61,420 nt of DNA from Gracilinanus agilis (Eukaryota). The notes beneath the pieces are model-generated. The model saw only the letters and a program-made list of their open reading frames with translations, searched no databases and had not been told where the DNA came from. The stretch covers positions 514,874,065-514,935,484 of the forward strand of contig NC_058133.1 of assembly GCF_016433145.1 (NCBI RefSeq), read 5' to 3'. A program made the translations under genes and the position numbers. The first letter of the stretch is position 1; each line of letters opens with the position of its first letter. Of the stretch, positions 27,226 through 39,569 are shown in pieces.

Positions 27226-27699
27226 AATATATGAAAAAAAGTTTAAAAGGAAAGGTGGAGGAAGGGAGAGAGCATGCCCTGAAGTGAGGAGTCATCTTGA
27301 TGAAGTCTTACAGTTGAGAAGGAAATGTTAAGGTGGCTGTCCTAGGGTCCCTCCTTAAATGTAGGATCTGAAAGGAGCTCTTTGATGTCCACTCTCTACT
27401 TTCTCCCATCAGAGAGAGAGAGGGATCCTTGAGGCAAGAGTTATGGAAGAAGTTTGAGTAACAGTTCATATGACCTTATGAAAAGATGGGACTCTGGGGA
27501 CAGTGGTGAAGTCCAAGGGAGAGTCAAGGTGGTAGATTAATGAGGCCCCCCTCCTTAAATAGAGGATCTAGGAAGACCTCTCCAGTGTCCACTCTCTAAC
27601 CTCTATTGCATAAAACTCTTTTGGAGCTTCTTCAGCTTATATACATCTGCTTCTGGTCTCATTTCAAGATAATATCCTCCCCAGTTTCTTAGTTCTCTA

Positions 27700-28060
27700 A
27701 AAATGATCTTGGCAGATGGGCTAAACCAGTTTTGGGATAACTGACAGACTTTAACTATGTCAGTGACTTAATGGGATGTCTACTCAAAGCATGTGAAGAC
27801 TTGCCCCAGTGTAACTGGTGTATGAAAACAATTTGTTCCAATAGCCATGATGGTGACTGAAGCAGGTGGTATGGAGCAGCTAGAGCTTGGTTAGCCATTG
27901 AAGATGCCAAAGTCATCCTGATTCTTCTCACCACTGGAATTTGATGACTCTGGAAGAGAGAGGCTGATGACTGTACAATGCTGCCTCAATGAAATCCAAT
28001 TCATGCAAAAGTCAAGACCTCCCTGTGATGTCATCAGTGCTGTTGGAAGGACAAACAACC
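27700..28060 (+). mobile_element. Marsupial SINE (WALLSI4/MdoRep1-like)
   Basis: cttggcagatgggctaaacc..aacaatttgttccaat..gatgactctggaagagagag. A related antisense copy lies at ~31900-32235. Family name from memory, unverified. Confidence 0.6.
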
Positions 28061-30354
28061 AGCTCTCTAAAAAATAAATTCAGAAATTTCTTTATATGAG
28101 AATAATGAATGAATAATAATTCAGAAATAATAAATGAATGATCATAAGACATATATATTTAGTATAAACATATATGTTCATCTGCAGGAAATTTGTGAAT
28201 ATACACACACATATAGACCTAGGTTTCTACATCTTTTCCATAAGGGGAAAGATGAGATATGTTATCAAATTTCTACTATTTTAAAATATAATTAAATCTA
28301 TTTGGAATTGACTGAATTCCTGGACCCAAGGATGAGCCATTAATATCTCAAAAACAACTTGGAATATAGGCTCCAACAGAATGCCTTAGGCATGGGTGCC
28401 TAGACATGTGATACCTAATGTTTTTTATTAGTGACTAAATGGGAGTCATGGCCTCCTTATAAAATGTTCCAATGACATATAGAGGGGAGGTGTAGTTGAC
28501 AGACTGAATGACAGAGCTGGAACCCCAGAAGTTCATAAGTGCCAAAACATTGAGACAAACCAAATAAGCAACTTGAGTTTGAGCAAATCAATATGAGGTC
28601 TAGAGCTAAATAAATCCATGAACTATACACATAGTAGCAAAATAGTCTATTAAGGCTTTTTTAAGCTCTCTATTTAAAGATAAATTAATTTGCTACCATG
28701 TTCTATGGATTTATTTACCCCTAGAGTATCTCATATACACAATACTCATATATTACTAAATACATTAAACTCGAACAATACTAACAACATAAATACCTAG
28801 CAGTACTATAATTTGTATAGTGCATGGATATTCTTACCCTAATTAGTATCATAATCTTACATAAGACATACTATGTAGAGGGACATCTACATTTCATCTA
28901 CAGTCACAAGATCAAAACCCCTAACATTTCTAACATATCACAACCATTAGTAATACCTCAGTCCTCACCTCACAAGGGATCACCCTCCTGCCATCTGAAG
29001 ACTTGCAGTCCTTCAGAGGAAAGCCATAAATCGTGATGTACCTAACTCCTGTGACTGGCTACTGATAGTTACGTTAGGACCATGTGTTTGTTCATCGCAT
29101 CCAAATTGCCATTAACTAAGGCATTGAGATGTTGTGCTTACTAGTCATTCAATAATGCAACATAACTGATTCTACCTGGCATGGTTGGGGGAGGTTTGGG
29201 GAGGGGAATCTTTATCCACTGGGCAGACACCTGGGAACACCAATAACTCCTAGGAACTAACATCCAGTGCAATCCTTATAGCTCATATGAAGTAAATGGG
29301 GATAATAAATGAATGATCATAAGACATATATAATATAAGAAATATATAGTCTTGATGTGGAATATTAATTAATTACAATTAGCTCAATGAATAGTTTTTG
29401 AGATTAAGTCAAACCCATACTTGGATTTTTAAAAGTTAACTTTATAAGTAAAATGTTAAGGGGATTTAGGCAGTAGGTTTTACTAAAAAACATCCAGAGG
29501 TCTTAACATCTTCTAAGATCAATAGATATCAATGATATCATATGGTATCAGAGTCAAAACATCTAATATGTTCTTGAACTGCATTTCTAGTCATAGGTTC
29601 CAGGAAAAAGGAAAGGATCTTCCTCTGCCCAGCTCATAGATTTGTAATCTTATGTTTAAAAATCAGTATAAAAAATTAAGAAAGACGAGAGACAGCCTTC
29701 CAAGGAGAACTACAAGAACTGTATGGAGAACCTGACTAAATATTTCTAGAGAGTTAACTTATTTGGAAAAATCAGTGTGTTAGAAACAACAAATAGAGAG
29801 CCAATCTCTTCTCATAAGGTCCCACTGAACAGCCCACAATCCTTCCCATTCAGTAGCTTCCCATCATTGATGACCATGACAGAATCTCTGCAGTGAGCAC
29901 CTTGTTCCAAGCTCTTGAGAAAGAGAAAAGGCTTAAAAGTAATATGGCCAGACACAAGAGCCAAAGATATTTCTCAAGATCTCTCAGCAGTTACCTCTGA
30001 AAGGCAATGAAATAAGAAGCCTCCTCTCTCAAAAAGGGGAATGTTCAGGAGCTAAGGCCCTATATGAGAATGGAAAATGACTGAGAATAACAAAATAACA
30101 CAATTTCAAATATAATGGAGAAATAATGTGATTTTAGAGATTCCCAGGCTAAATTCTAGAATTTAATACTTGTAAAACTTGTGGGAAAGAATATGGAAAG
30201 GCCACAAGGAGTTTGAAAGTGGTTAAAAGACTAGCAAAACAATTAAATTCCTTTAACTGAGGAATACAATTAACATCCTAGAAAAAAGCTGGGATACCTT
30301 ACAATAACATCTATCACATCCAAGATAAAATATAACATACTCTGATATTAATAA

Positions 30355-30770
30355 TCTGGCCCTGTCTTACCTTTACAGTCTCCTTATACCTTATTCTGTT
30401 CCACCATATCCTGTGATCCAATAGCATTGACCTCATTTTTCTTGCAGAGGACATTCCTCTTCCTGATTCCATGAATTTTCCCTATCTGTCTCCCAGACTT
30501 GGAGTTCTCTCCTTCCTTATCTCCAACTCCTGTCTTCTCTGACTGTCTTCAAATTCTAGTTCAAATATCACCTTCTACAAGAAGCCTTTCCTAATTCACC
30601 TTAATGCTGGTGCCTACCTTTGATTGATATTTGTGCATGATCACTTTCATACTTTTTCTCCTTTAACCTTTGAGCTTCTTGAGAACAGGGATTGTATTCT
30701 GCCTAGCTTTTAGTCTCTGATACTTAATAGAGTACCTGCACATAGGTATTTAGTAAATGCTTTTCATTGA
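30355..30770 (+). mobile_element. L2 3' end
   Basis: ttcaaattctagttcaaatatcaccttctacaagaagcctttcct..gagcttcttgagaacagggattgt..taggtatttagtaaatgct. Confidence 0.75.
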
Positions 30771-30885
30771 CAGACAGTGAACTTCTTAAAAAATAAAAAT
30801 AATGAATGAGAAAGAACTCAAAAAGTCAATGATGCAACAAGAAATGTAAAAGCAAAGTAAAAATAAATTTTTAAAAAGATATCTA

Positions 30886-31084
30886 TTTTTTTAACCCTTA
30901 CCTTCCGTCTTGGAGTCAATACTGTGTATTGTCTCCAAGGCAGAAGAGTGGTAAGGGTAGGTGATGGGGGTCAAGTGACTTGCCCAGGGTCACACAGCTG
31001 GGAAGTGTCTGAGGCCAGATTTGAACCTAGGACCTCCTGTCTCTAGGCCTGGCTCTCAATCTACTGAGCTACCCAGCTGCCCCC
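30886..31084 (-). mobile_element. SINE1_Mdo-like SINE, young full length
   Basis: Near-perfect reverse complement of the 15306 copy. Confidence 0.93.
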
Positions 31085-31899
31085 TAGTTTTAGATATGAG
31101 GAAAACAAATGTAATCATCATAAACAGAAAAACAAATGTAATGAACTTACCCATAAATTTGTATGGATTGCACAATTTATTAGAAATTTTTTAAAGATTT
31201 CCATACTTTCAAAAAATATACTGAAAATGTAGAGATTCATCTAGGTTTACCATGAAATGTGGAGAAATTTTTATTATGTATTGATCTAAAAAAGTAAAAA
31301 TAACACTATTGATGTGCAAGAGTAAAAATAAATATGAGTCATGACAAAATAATTAACATCTTATTTCAAGTATCTATACCTAATAAAAATAACTATCAAA
31401 TTAACTAAGTGGAATAATATCTAAAATCTTGAAACATAAAGTAGAAATTAACAAATATTAGGAATTTCAAAATGTCCCTTTGAAACTGATAGAAACCTAA
31501 GAGAAAGATAAATGTGAAAGAAGTGAAGGATCTGAAGAAAATATATGCTTTGAATATGATCATTATATTAGATGTGATAAACCTTTGATGATTATTGAAT
31601 GGAAATAGTGAAAAGTAAACCTACTGTTAACCATGTGCAGTACCTTTGAAAAGGCTGATCCAGTTCTAAGTCATAAAGTTGTCATAAATTAAGGAAAAAG
31701 GCATGTGTGTTATATAAATATATTTTGGGGTAGACATACAGACAGTCGTAGATAGATACAGATATAAAGATATATGCAAAATATATTTTAGGAGTCATAC
31801 TCAAACATTCTAATGTATTGTTGATTTCAACAATGTGCATGTTCATTCTAATTACAGCGGTTGCAATGCCTGTTTTTCATATTGTTGTTGCTTTTCATT

Positions 31900-32235
31900 T
31901 ATTTTGTAAGAGGACCAATTAAATCACTGTGTGGTATCTCAACATATACATGAATTAGATTTAAGTGAGGCAGAATTGCACGAAGCCTCATTCACTTTTT
32001 CAGTCTTTTAAGTCTAGTGGCAAGAAAAAAGTCAGAATGTCTGGTTATGACCTTGGATACAGATCTTAGCATCTTTAACATCTGACCATGCTCTAAACCC
32101 TCCACAGCACCTTCTTCAGCTGCCTTCATGGTAACAGCCCCAAACCATCAGTGAGTAGGGGGAGGGTTGTCTACCCCAAACATGTGAAGACTTCCTCTGG
32201 TGGAATGGGTGGATGAGAACAATTTGTTCCAATGA
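31900..32235 (-). mobile_element. Marsupial SINE (WALLSI4/MdoRep1-like), antisense
   Basis: Shares catgtgaagactt..gagaacaatttgttccaat and atgaattagatttaagtgaggcag motifs with the 27.7k element. Confidence 0.55.
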
Positions 32236-32383
32236 TTCATCATATTTGTCAATGTCCTAGTATAATTTTTTTCCATAGAGGGGCAAAATAATATACTAAA
32301 GGCTTTTCTTCATTCTTTTGATATGATGAAGATATCAGTGGAGAACATAAACAGTTCATTTTAATCTATTATTTTTACCATAC

Positions 32384-32668
32384 NNNNNNNNNNNNNNNNN
32401 NNNNNNNNNNNNNNNNNNNNNNNNNNNNNNNNNNNNNNNNNNNNNNNNNNNNNNNNNNNNNNNNNNNNNNNNNNNNNNNNNNNNNNNNNNNNNNNNNNNN
32501 NNNNNNNNNNNNNNNNNNNNNNNNNNNNNNNNNNNNNNNNNNNNNNNNNNNNNNNNNNNNNNNNNNNNNNNNNNNNNNNNNNNNNNNNNNNNNNNNNNNN
32601 NNNNNNNNNNNNNNNNNNNNNNNNNNNNNNNNNNNNNNNNNNNNNNNNNNNNNNNNNNNNNNNNNNNN
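32384..32668. other. Assembly gap (285 N)
   Basis: N run. ORF 32356-32679 is an artefact of it. Confidence 0.99.
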
Positions 32669-32779
32669 GTCTTTTGCAATTTTATAATTTTAGCCTAGAC
32701 TCTGAGTTTGATTTTCAGCTTGGATCAGATAGATGTATTCTATCTTTGTTACTAAGTTGTTGAACTGCTGTTTACTCAG

Positions 32780-32839
32780 ATGTAAATGAAGAAGAGCTTC
32801 TATTTCATTGATTCTCACTTTCTATGGTAATCTAATTTG
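32780..32839 (-). promoter_or_regulatory. Conserved TAS2R upstream module, copy D (orphan, pointing into the gap)
   Basis: ATGTAAAT(32780-32787)-gaagaagagcttcta-TTTCATTG-N21-CTAATTTG, plus the proximal box ttagcctagactctga at 32690-32705. Confidence 0.7.
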
Positions 32840-33116
32840 ACTTGAAAAGAGTTTTCATGTGGGAAGAGGGTAAGATTTATTTATTTTCCTCCCCCATAGA
32901 GTATATAGTTACATATACCAAAAAAGAATATAATATCAGTGATAATATGTAAACGAGATGCTTATATCTGGTGACTCTATAAATTTAGAACATTTATCTC
33001 TGATGGAATCATAGGATAATTTAGGATTGATTGGACTGAAAAGCATGACATGCTTTAGGGCTATTAAAAGCCTGAGTTGATAGCTCTGCAGCTAGTCATT
33101 AGTTGAAACTAGGAAT

Positions 33117-33815
33117 TGAAGGGGAAATCAGCTTTCAATTTTGGGGGAATTTCTCTCTCCTTCTTGTCCTCACTGGCTGTTATGCATAAAATGAGAGCTA
33201 TTCAATCAACAGAAGATGGGCAACAAGTCAAGAACAGGAACACACTCCACACAAACCCCCAAACCAAGAGGAATCCATGTGAGGGGGAAATGGAACCAAA
33301 AAGTCTAGCTTACAGATAATTGTACCCAAGGAAGTGTATTGTGTATTGTGAAAAAGTACATCCTTAGGCTGTAGGAGGGGAAAACATTTTACTGTTCTTT
33401 TGAGACCCCCTCAACAAATGTCTATGTTTTGTGCTAATTCTCTAATTTACTAGTCAAAGGTTGACACATACAGGAGGCTTTGAACTTCATCTTTAGGAGC
33501 GCTGGCCTACCTTGGATCTAGGCACTGACAGCCTCCACCCTAGGAACCCACCTAATGAGTTCAAACTAAGAAACCACTTCCTCACTGGGAGGTTTCAAGG
33601 AATGATTCCCTTATAAGAACCATTTTTCTCTTTCATATATACAGCTCTCTTCTTGCCTTCTAAATCTCACATTTGATGGATGCGTCTTCTTACTCAGCTG
33701 GCTCCCAGGAAAATGAACCTTGTTTTTAAACCCCTAAAGATATATAGCTGATTCTTCAGCCACCCAATAGGTGATTGCTCTCTAATTCCATATAGCTTGA
33801 CCAAAGAATTTCACA
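33117..33815. mobile_element. Possible LTR-like element
   Basis: Roughly 700-bp segment of higher complexity with TG..CA ends (tgaagggg..tttcaca). No matching TSD found, so support is weak. Confidence 0.3.
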
Positions 33816-36800
33816 CCTTTTAAAGGTTTTGTGGTTATTAAATCATATTCACCTCTTCATGACCTCATTAGGGGTTTTCTTGTCAAAACTACTGGACTGG
33901 TTTGCCATTTCCTTCTCCAGCTCATTATACAGACAAGGAAACTGAAGTAAAGTGGGTTAAGTGACTTGCCCAAGGTCAGAGAGCTATTAAATGTCTGAGG
34001 TCAGATTTAAACTTCACTCTTTCTAACTTTTGGTTAAGCCTACCAACTGTATCTCCCTGCTACCCCTGTAAAGGTCTAAAAAAGTGCAACCATTTCTTTG
34101 TACCTCATTTAAGGTCTTAGCAACTCCTTTTTTCCTTAATCCAATTTCATTCTATGACATCTTCAACAAGGAAAAAATATCAGTTGTTCAGGGTTGACCT
34201 AATCTACTCCCATCCTACAACCATATCTGAATAAATATTTGACAACTAGGATCAATGATCCTTTAAAACTCTGAAACTTTAGTTCCATCTACTGAACTGA
34301 AGCCTAAGCTCTGGGAAGTAAATCTTGTCCTCTCCAGTAGCAAAGTACTAAATTAATTTCAATGTATAAAAGCAGAAGCATCCAAGTAGTAGAGTTGGAA
34401 GCCAGTGTATGGAGGTTTGAAAAAAGAGCATGAGGTAAAAGAAAGTACTACCCATGAGGTAGTTGTATATATTCTAATACATGTCATTCAGTTACAGTTA
34501 TCTAAAGTATGGCAATGGCCTCCAGCTCAATGGAAATATAGAGTATGAATTTGAGTAATGTGACAACTTGTGAGGTTCATTATTTTTAATAATTAGTATC
34601 TATCTGTGGGTGTAAATATCTATTTCTTCAAATTTGACTATGAAGAAAAAAGGAAACATAAGAAAAAGATGAGAGAGAACAACCCAACGAAGGATTTTTA
34701 AGGGCAGAGGAGATAAAGAGACACAAGATGAGATAAAAAGAAAATGATTTAAAAAGGAAAGTTTCCAGAGGAAATAGGAACAGAGGGGTTTGAGGGTATA
34801 AGTAGAGAAACTAATAATGATGAGAAGAATTCAAATTATTAGAATGTATCTTCTTGTGGGAGGCCAATAAGAGAAACAGAGTCTCAAATAGATAAAAATC
34901 TGAGACTCCTCTTTTGATTCCTTTTCTGATCCACACCTTTTCACCTTTTCTTATTGGAAAACTTTAAGCTCTTAGCAAACCAACAGTCAAGAGGTTAACA
35001 TTTTCACCCTTGGTCAAGAGTGCAATTGCTTGGGTCTCAAAGGGTGTTTCAGACAGTCAAGGTCAAAAATGTAGGACTTCCCAACCCAGCAAAATATTCC
35101 CAGGCTTAGCTTACTGATGATGAGGCAGCTACAATCCAACCTCATACTCTTATCTTCACCTTGAAGTTTCTGAGGTTTCTGTGTGTTGTCTAAAGTAATT
35201 GCAATGTCTCTGAAGCTATAAAACTCTCTGTACTTTTGGGGTGAAAGGGAACTTTGCATTGATCAGAATTCTCAAGTCTTTTTACTTTACAATGTAATAA
35301 TGGTCATTGTATAGCTTGCTCTTTGGGTTCTGATTTTTTCACTCTGCATTGTTTCATGCCACTCTTCTCCAGTTTCTCTGAACTCTTCTTTTCATCATTT
35401 TTTACAACAGAAGAATATTTGGTTAGAGCTAGGTTGTAAAGTATATGTGGTGTTGAACTTGCAATCAGGAAGCTTTACAGTTCAAATCCTATCTAAATTA
35501 TTTAATCTCTTTCTGTCTCAATTTCCTCCTGTATAAAGTGGGTATAAAAATAGCACATACCTTGAAAGGGTTATTGTGGATCCAATCAGATGTACATGTA
35601 AAGTACTTTGCAAAAGGTAAAACACTATATAAATGCTAGCTCTATATCACAATTTGTGTTCTTAGTCCCTTACTGATAGATAATTAATAAAAATATGAAA
35701 ACTCTAGACAAATACAATTATTTAATACTAGATAGAAAAGAATATGGAAGGGCACAAAAACTCTGAAAGTGATTAAGATGACTAAAATATAAGGAAAGAA
35801 GAAATTGGGAATAAAATTGATAACCTAGATAGATGCTAGTATACCTTACCATAGTAGTGGCTACCTGAAAAAGAGAATGAAAAAGAGAATGAAAAAGATT
35901 TAACTCAAAGATTCAATAATAAAATAAGAAATAGCAAAGTAAAAACCAAATGGTGAGCATATGTGAAGCAACTACTATTGCTGGATGGAAAGAAAATCAA
36001 GTTTAAGCATGGTAACCATTAAACGGAATGAGATTAACTCACCATAAAAAGTTGGATGATGATAAAATGGACAAGGAGGCAAATTCCAATGATTTCTTTA
36101 TTGCCAAAGAAACATTTGTTAACCCCCGCAAGCCAAGATTCCTAGAGACTTAAAAGGAGAGATGAAGTAGAATTTATTATTGATCCCTGTAGAATCTAAA
36201 AAAGTAAGAGTAACAATCTTGGTGTCAGAAAAGGTGATAATTAAAAATGATATAATCAAGAGAAAAAAAGCAAAGAACATCTATATTTTATATCTTTTGG
36301 TTTAAGTACAAATTGGATTGAAATGAAGCAGAACTGCATAAATTGGCTTCACTCTCTCTTTCAAAAATCAAATTCTAGTTACAAGAGAAAAGTCAAGATG
36401 ACTAGTGATGACTTAATGTAGAGGATGATCTTGGCTTCTTCCATGTCTAACCAAGCTCTAAGTGCTCCCCAGGATCTGCTTTCAGACTTTCAGATATTGC
36501 TTTCAGACTTATGCAAATCTGACATAAACAGGAAAAAAAATTAAGGATATGGACTGAACATTAGAAAAGCTAGATGGGACAAACCTTTGTTTAACTGAAT
36601 AGAAATCTTTAGGAGTATATTATTTTTCAGAATTATTCAGAAATGTGCAAAGATTGATGACATTGCAGGTTATTAAAATCATAAATAAGAGCAAAAAGGC
36701 ACAAACAAATTAAACATATCTTTTAGACATTGTACAGATGCTAGGTGGATCTTTTATCTCACCAACATAGATCTTCCCTCCAACGATTCATATCACAACT

Positions 36801-38319
36801 TATCCATTCCCACCCATCCAATGTGAAGTGTCCGAAAAACTACAAAGTGTCAATTCCACTGAGCAGAAGAGTTTTGCATTTTCTCTTGATATAAGAATAA
36901 CAGAGGAACACATGTGAAATCTAATATTTGTCCCCTGCTCTTCCCATGTGAACAGTCTATTGTCTTTTTAGTCAACATACCCTTCTTTGTAATTGTTTGC
37001 TACTTGCTAAAGTCTACTTGGAGCTAGCAAATGTCTTTTTATTTCTCTCTGGGTCTTGTAATTCTTTAGAGACTACTGTTCCATTTCTTCCAGCCATTCA
37101 ACAATACTGATAGACAATTGCTATTAAATGATGAATGTGTTGGGGTGAATTTTGGAATCATTAAAGGAGCTTTTTTTAATTTTAAAAGACAATATCACCC
37201 TTTTTTCTCTTCCAGCTTCATTTTAAGCACATTTGATTGTTTGTTTCCTAGTTTCTCCTGAGAGGCCAAGCAAAAGCTTGTAAACCTATAAACAGTCAGC
37301 TTTTATTTCATTATTTTTAACTTTCTTCCTCAGCATAATTTATGTATGGAAGAGACATAGATTAGTGTAAGACAGAAATTATAGAAAAGGAAATAATGTC
37401 TGCAAACATCACTTTTTTGACCATCATATTCATTTAGATTTATTTTAGTCTAACGGATAGCACATTGAAATCATGGATCGGAATCTCTCTCAATAGATAT
37501 TCACTTATGTTCTGTGAACTATTGTTTCCTCAAGTGAAATTAATAAATTTTAATGAATTTATATTTCTGCTCTTATACCTTTTAATGAATGATCTTGTCC
37601 AATTTTGACATAGAAACCATGAACACATTGTCTAAGGAGAACTTTTAAAAGCATTGCTTTGCTCTCCTAAAAAGGTTTTGTTTAATAATCTTGTACATTT
37701 TGGGGGGATTAAACTTTTGACTTTAAATTGGTGCCTATACTGAGATGCTTAGATAAGGAAAGCTGCCAGAGGCACTGGAAGATTATGTCACATCTTTGGA
37801 CCTCATAACCAGGAGATGTTAAAGGCAGAATTAACACTCAGGTCTTTCTGACTCAGCCTCTTTACTCCACTGACTGCTTCTCCATTTCTCTCTGAATGAT
37901 GCTCATTTTTCATGTGCTGTGGCCTTCAGTGTTCAATGGCTTACAATCGTACAAGGCATGGTCCTTCATCTCAGGGAAAAGTTTCAGTTCCTTAAAGAGG
38001 CTTTGGAATTTTCCAAAGACAATCCAGCCCACCTTCCTCCTTCAATTTCAATTGAGGCCCAGTTCAATGTCCATTTATAATTTTTTTCATAATTAACAAA
38101 TAGTTGATAAGCTCTTTAGGGCATTTGTTTAAATGCATATCACAATCTAGACAATAAATGCAAAATATCTATTTTGTGGATGATTTATCCAAACTTTGGG
38201 TTCCATTGATCTTCAATATGACTAATAGAAGAACCCCATCAAATGCCAAATATCTTGTGATGGCTTCTCTCTTTCCACCAAAAAAAAGAATAGGTATATT
38301 TTCTAGAGTTCTGACTATG

Positions 38320-39221
38320 ACAGCAATAATTTCCCAGGGCTTTTGAGAAAGTCCAAGAGCTGTCATCACTTCCTCATGGAGGGAGGTATCACCTTGTTAT
38401 TCTTCAGGATAAGAGGAATGGAATGGGCCAAGTGGTAGATGGCCATGACCATCAAAGTAAACACTGCATCCGTCTTGTTATTAAATATGGAGGAGTTTCA
38501 TGTTCTTATGATAATTTCATGATGGTTCAGTACAAGGAAGAGGAAAGAGACAACTGATTTCATGGTCTTCAAGTGGACTTCTTTGTGGGGATTTCTAGAA
38601 CCTGAGAACATTATGGTGCAGCTGTTGGGTGTGCCTCTACTAGGAAAGGATTAACAGGAAACTTAGTCAAGGACAGGAAGAGACAACACTATCCATGTGG
38701 AAGAGGATGGTAGGGCGTGTGCTGTAATTATCTGATTCTTTTTATTTGTGTTTGTTTTGTTTTCTTGATGAGCTTTAAAACTATAATTATCACTTATTTT
38801 CTCCATAAGTGGAATCCCAATTAGCACAGATATGAGCAAGCAGTCCATCAGATCAGTTTCTTCCTTTAAGCCAAAGGAAGGTGCATTGGGAGAAGTTGGC
38901 AGTTTTTAGGAGGTAGAAAAAACCGGGTCAGGATGAAAACCAGCCACTTGAATCTCTGCTCAGGTACCAAATGGCATCCACATGTCTCATTTTTCCAGGG
39001 CTATGTCATTTAGGATCGAGTATGAAAAAGTTACTATACATACCTATACTAGATCAGTCTTAAAGATTGCCATGCCAGCAAAGATGAAGTCCAAAGTAGA
39101 CAATCTTCTTATCTTGACCCAGTCTATACAATTGATGGATCCATTGAAGTCATTGCCAAAATATACCCCTAAACTCTCTAGCTGCCTTAGCCATACAGAT
39201 GTTCTCCACTGTATTTGGCAT
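38320..39221 (-). pseudogene. TAS2R pseudogene (multiple frameshifts and stops)
   Basis: MPNTVENICMAKAAREFRGIFWQ* then, in shifted frames, SINCIDWVKIRRLSTLDFIFAGMAI.., YLLKTANFSQCTFLWLK, HTQQLHH..SRNPHKEVHLKTMKS and MVMAIYHLAHSIPLILKNNK. 3' boundary approximate. Confidence 0.92.
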
Positions 39222-39514
39222 GACTACAGAAAGAAAACTCAACTTTATTCTTATTATTTATAAATTTGTTTCCAGGCAAGGGGCAAAAACTATCTACCTC
39301 TTTAAATGACAATTTTCTTCTCCATCTTAATTCTAGCCACCCTTTTTGAGCAGGAACCCAAGCCTTGGACTGAATGATGTTACAACTATGTTGAAGACAA
39401 TCACCATTCTTCCTTTGATAACAGATCACTCTGGGAGTATAGTCCATATTGAGTGCATCCTTTCAGCATGATGGATGGTTCATTTTCATTGGTGCTTCTG
39501 ACTTAGAAGATGAG

Positions 39515-39569
39515 CTATAAATAGAGGGCAGCTTTGGTTTCATTTATTTCCCTTTTCAAGTCTAATTTG
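39515..39569 (-). promoter_or_regulatory. TAS2R upstream module, copy E (octamer broken)
   Basis: gatgagCTATAAATagagggcagctttggTTTCATTT..tCTAATTTGtcttgaaaa. The distal box is intact and the octamer is altered. About 294 bp upstream of ATG 39221. Confidence 0.6.

Noticed and set aside
28127-29332. Possible CRISPR-like or regularly spaced repeat array, including the nine upstream modules
   Set aside because: Eukaryotic DNA, no regular short spacers and no cas genes. The modules are kilobases apart and tied to paralogous genes.
39515-39522. CTATAAAT as a TATA box
   Set aside because: It is on the strand opposite to the gene and occupies the octamer position of the module, so it is better read as a mutated octamer in a pseudogene.
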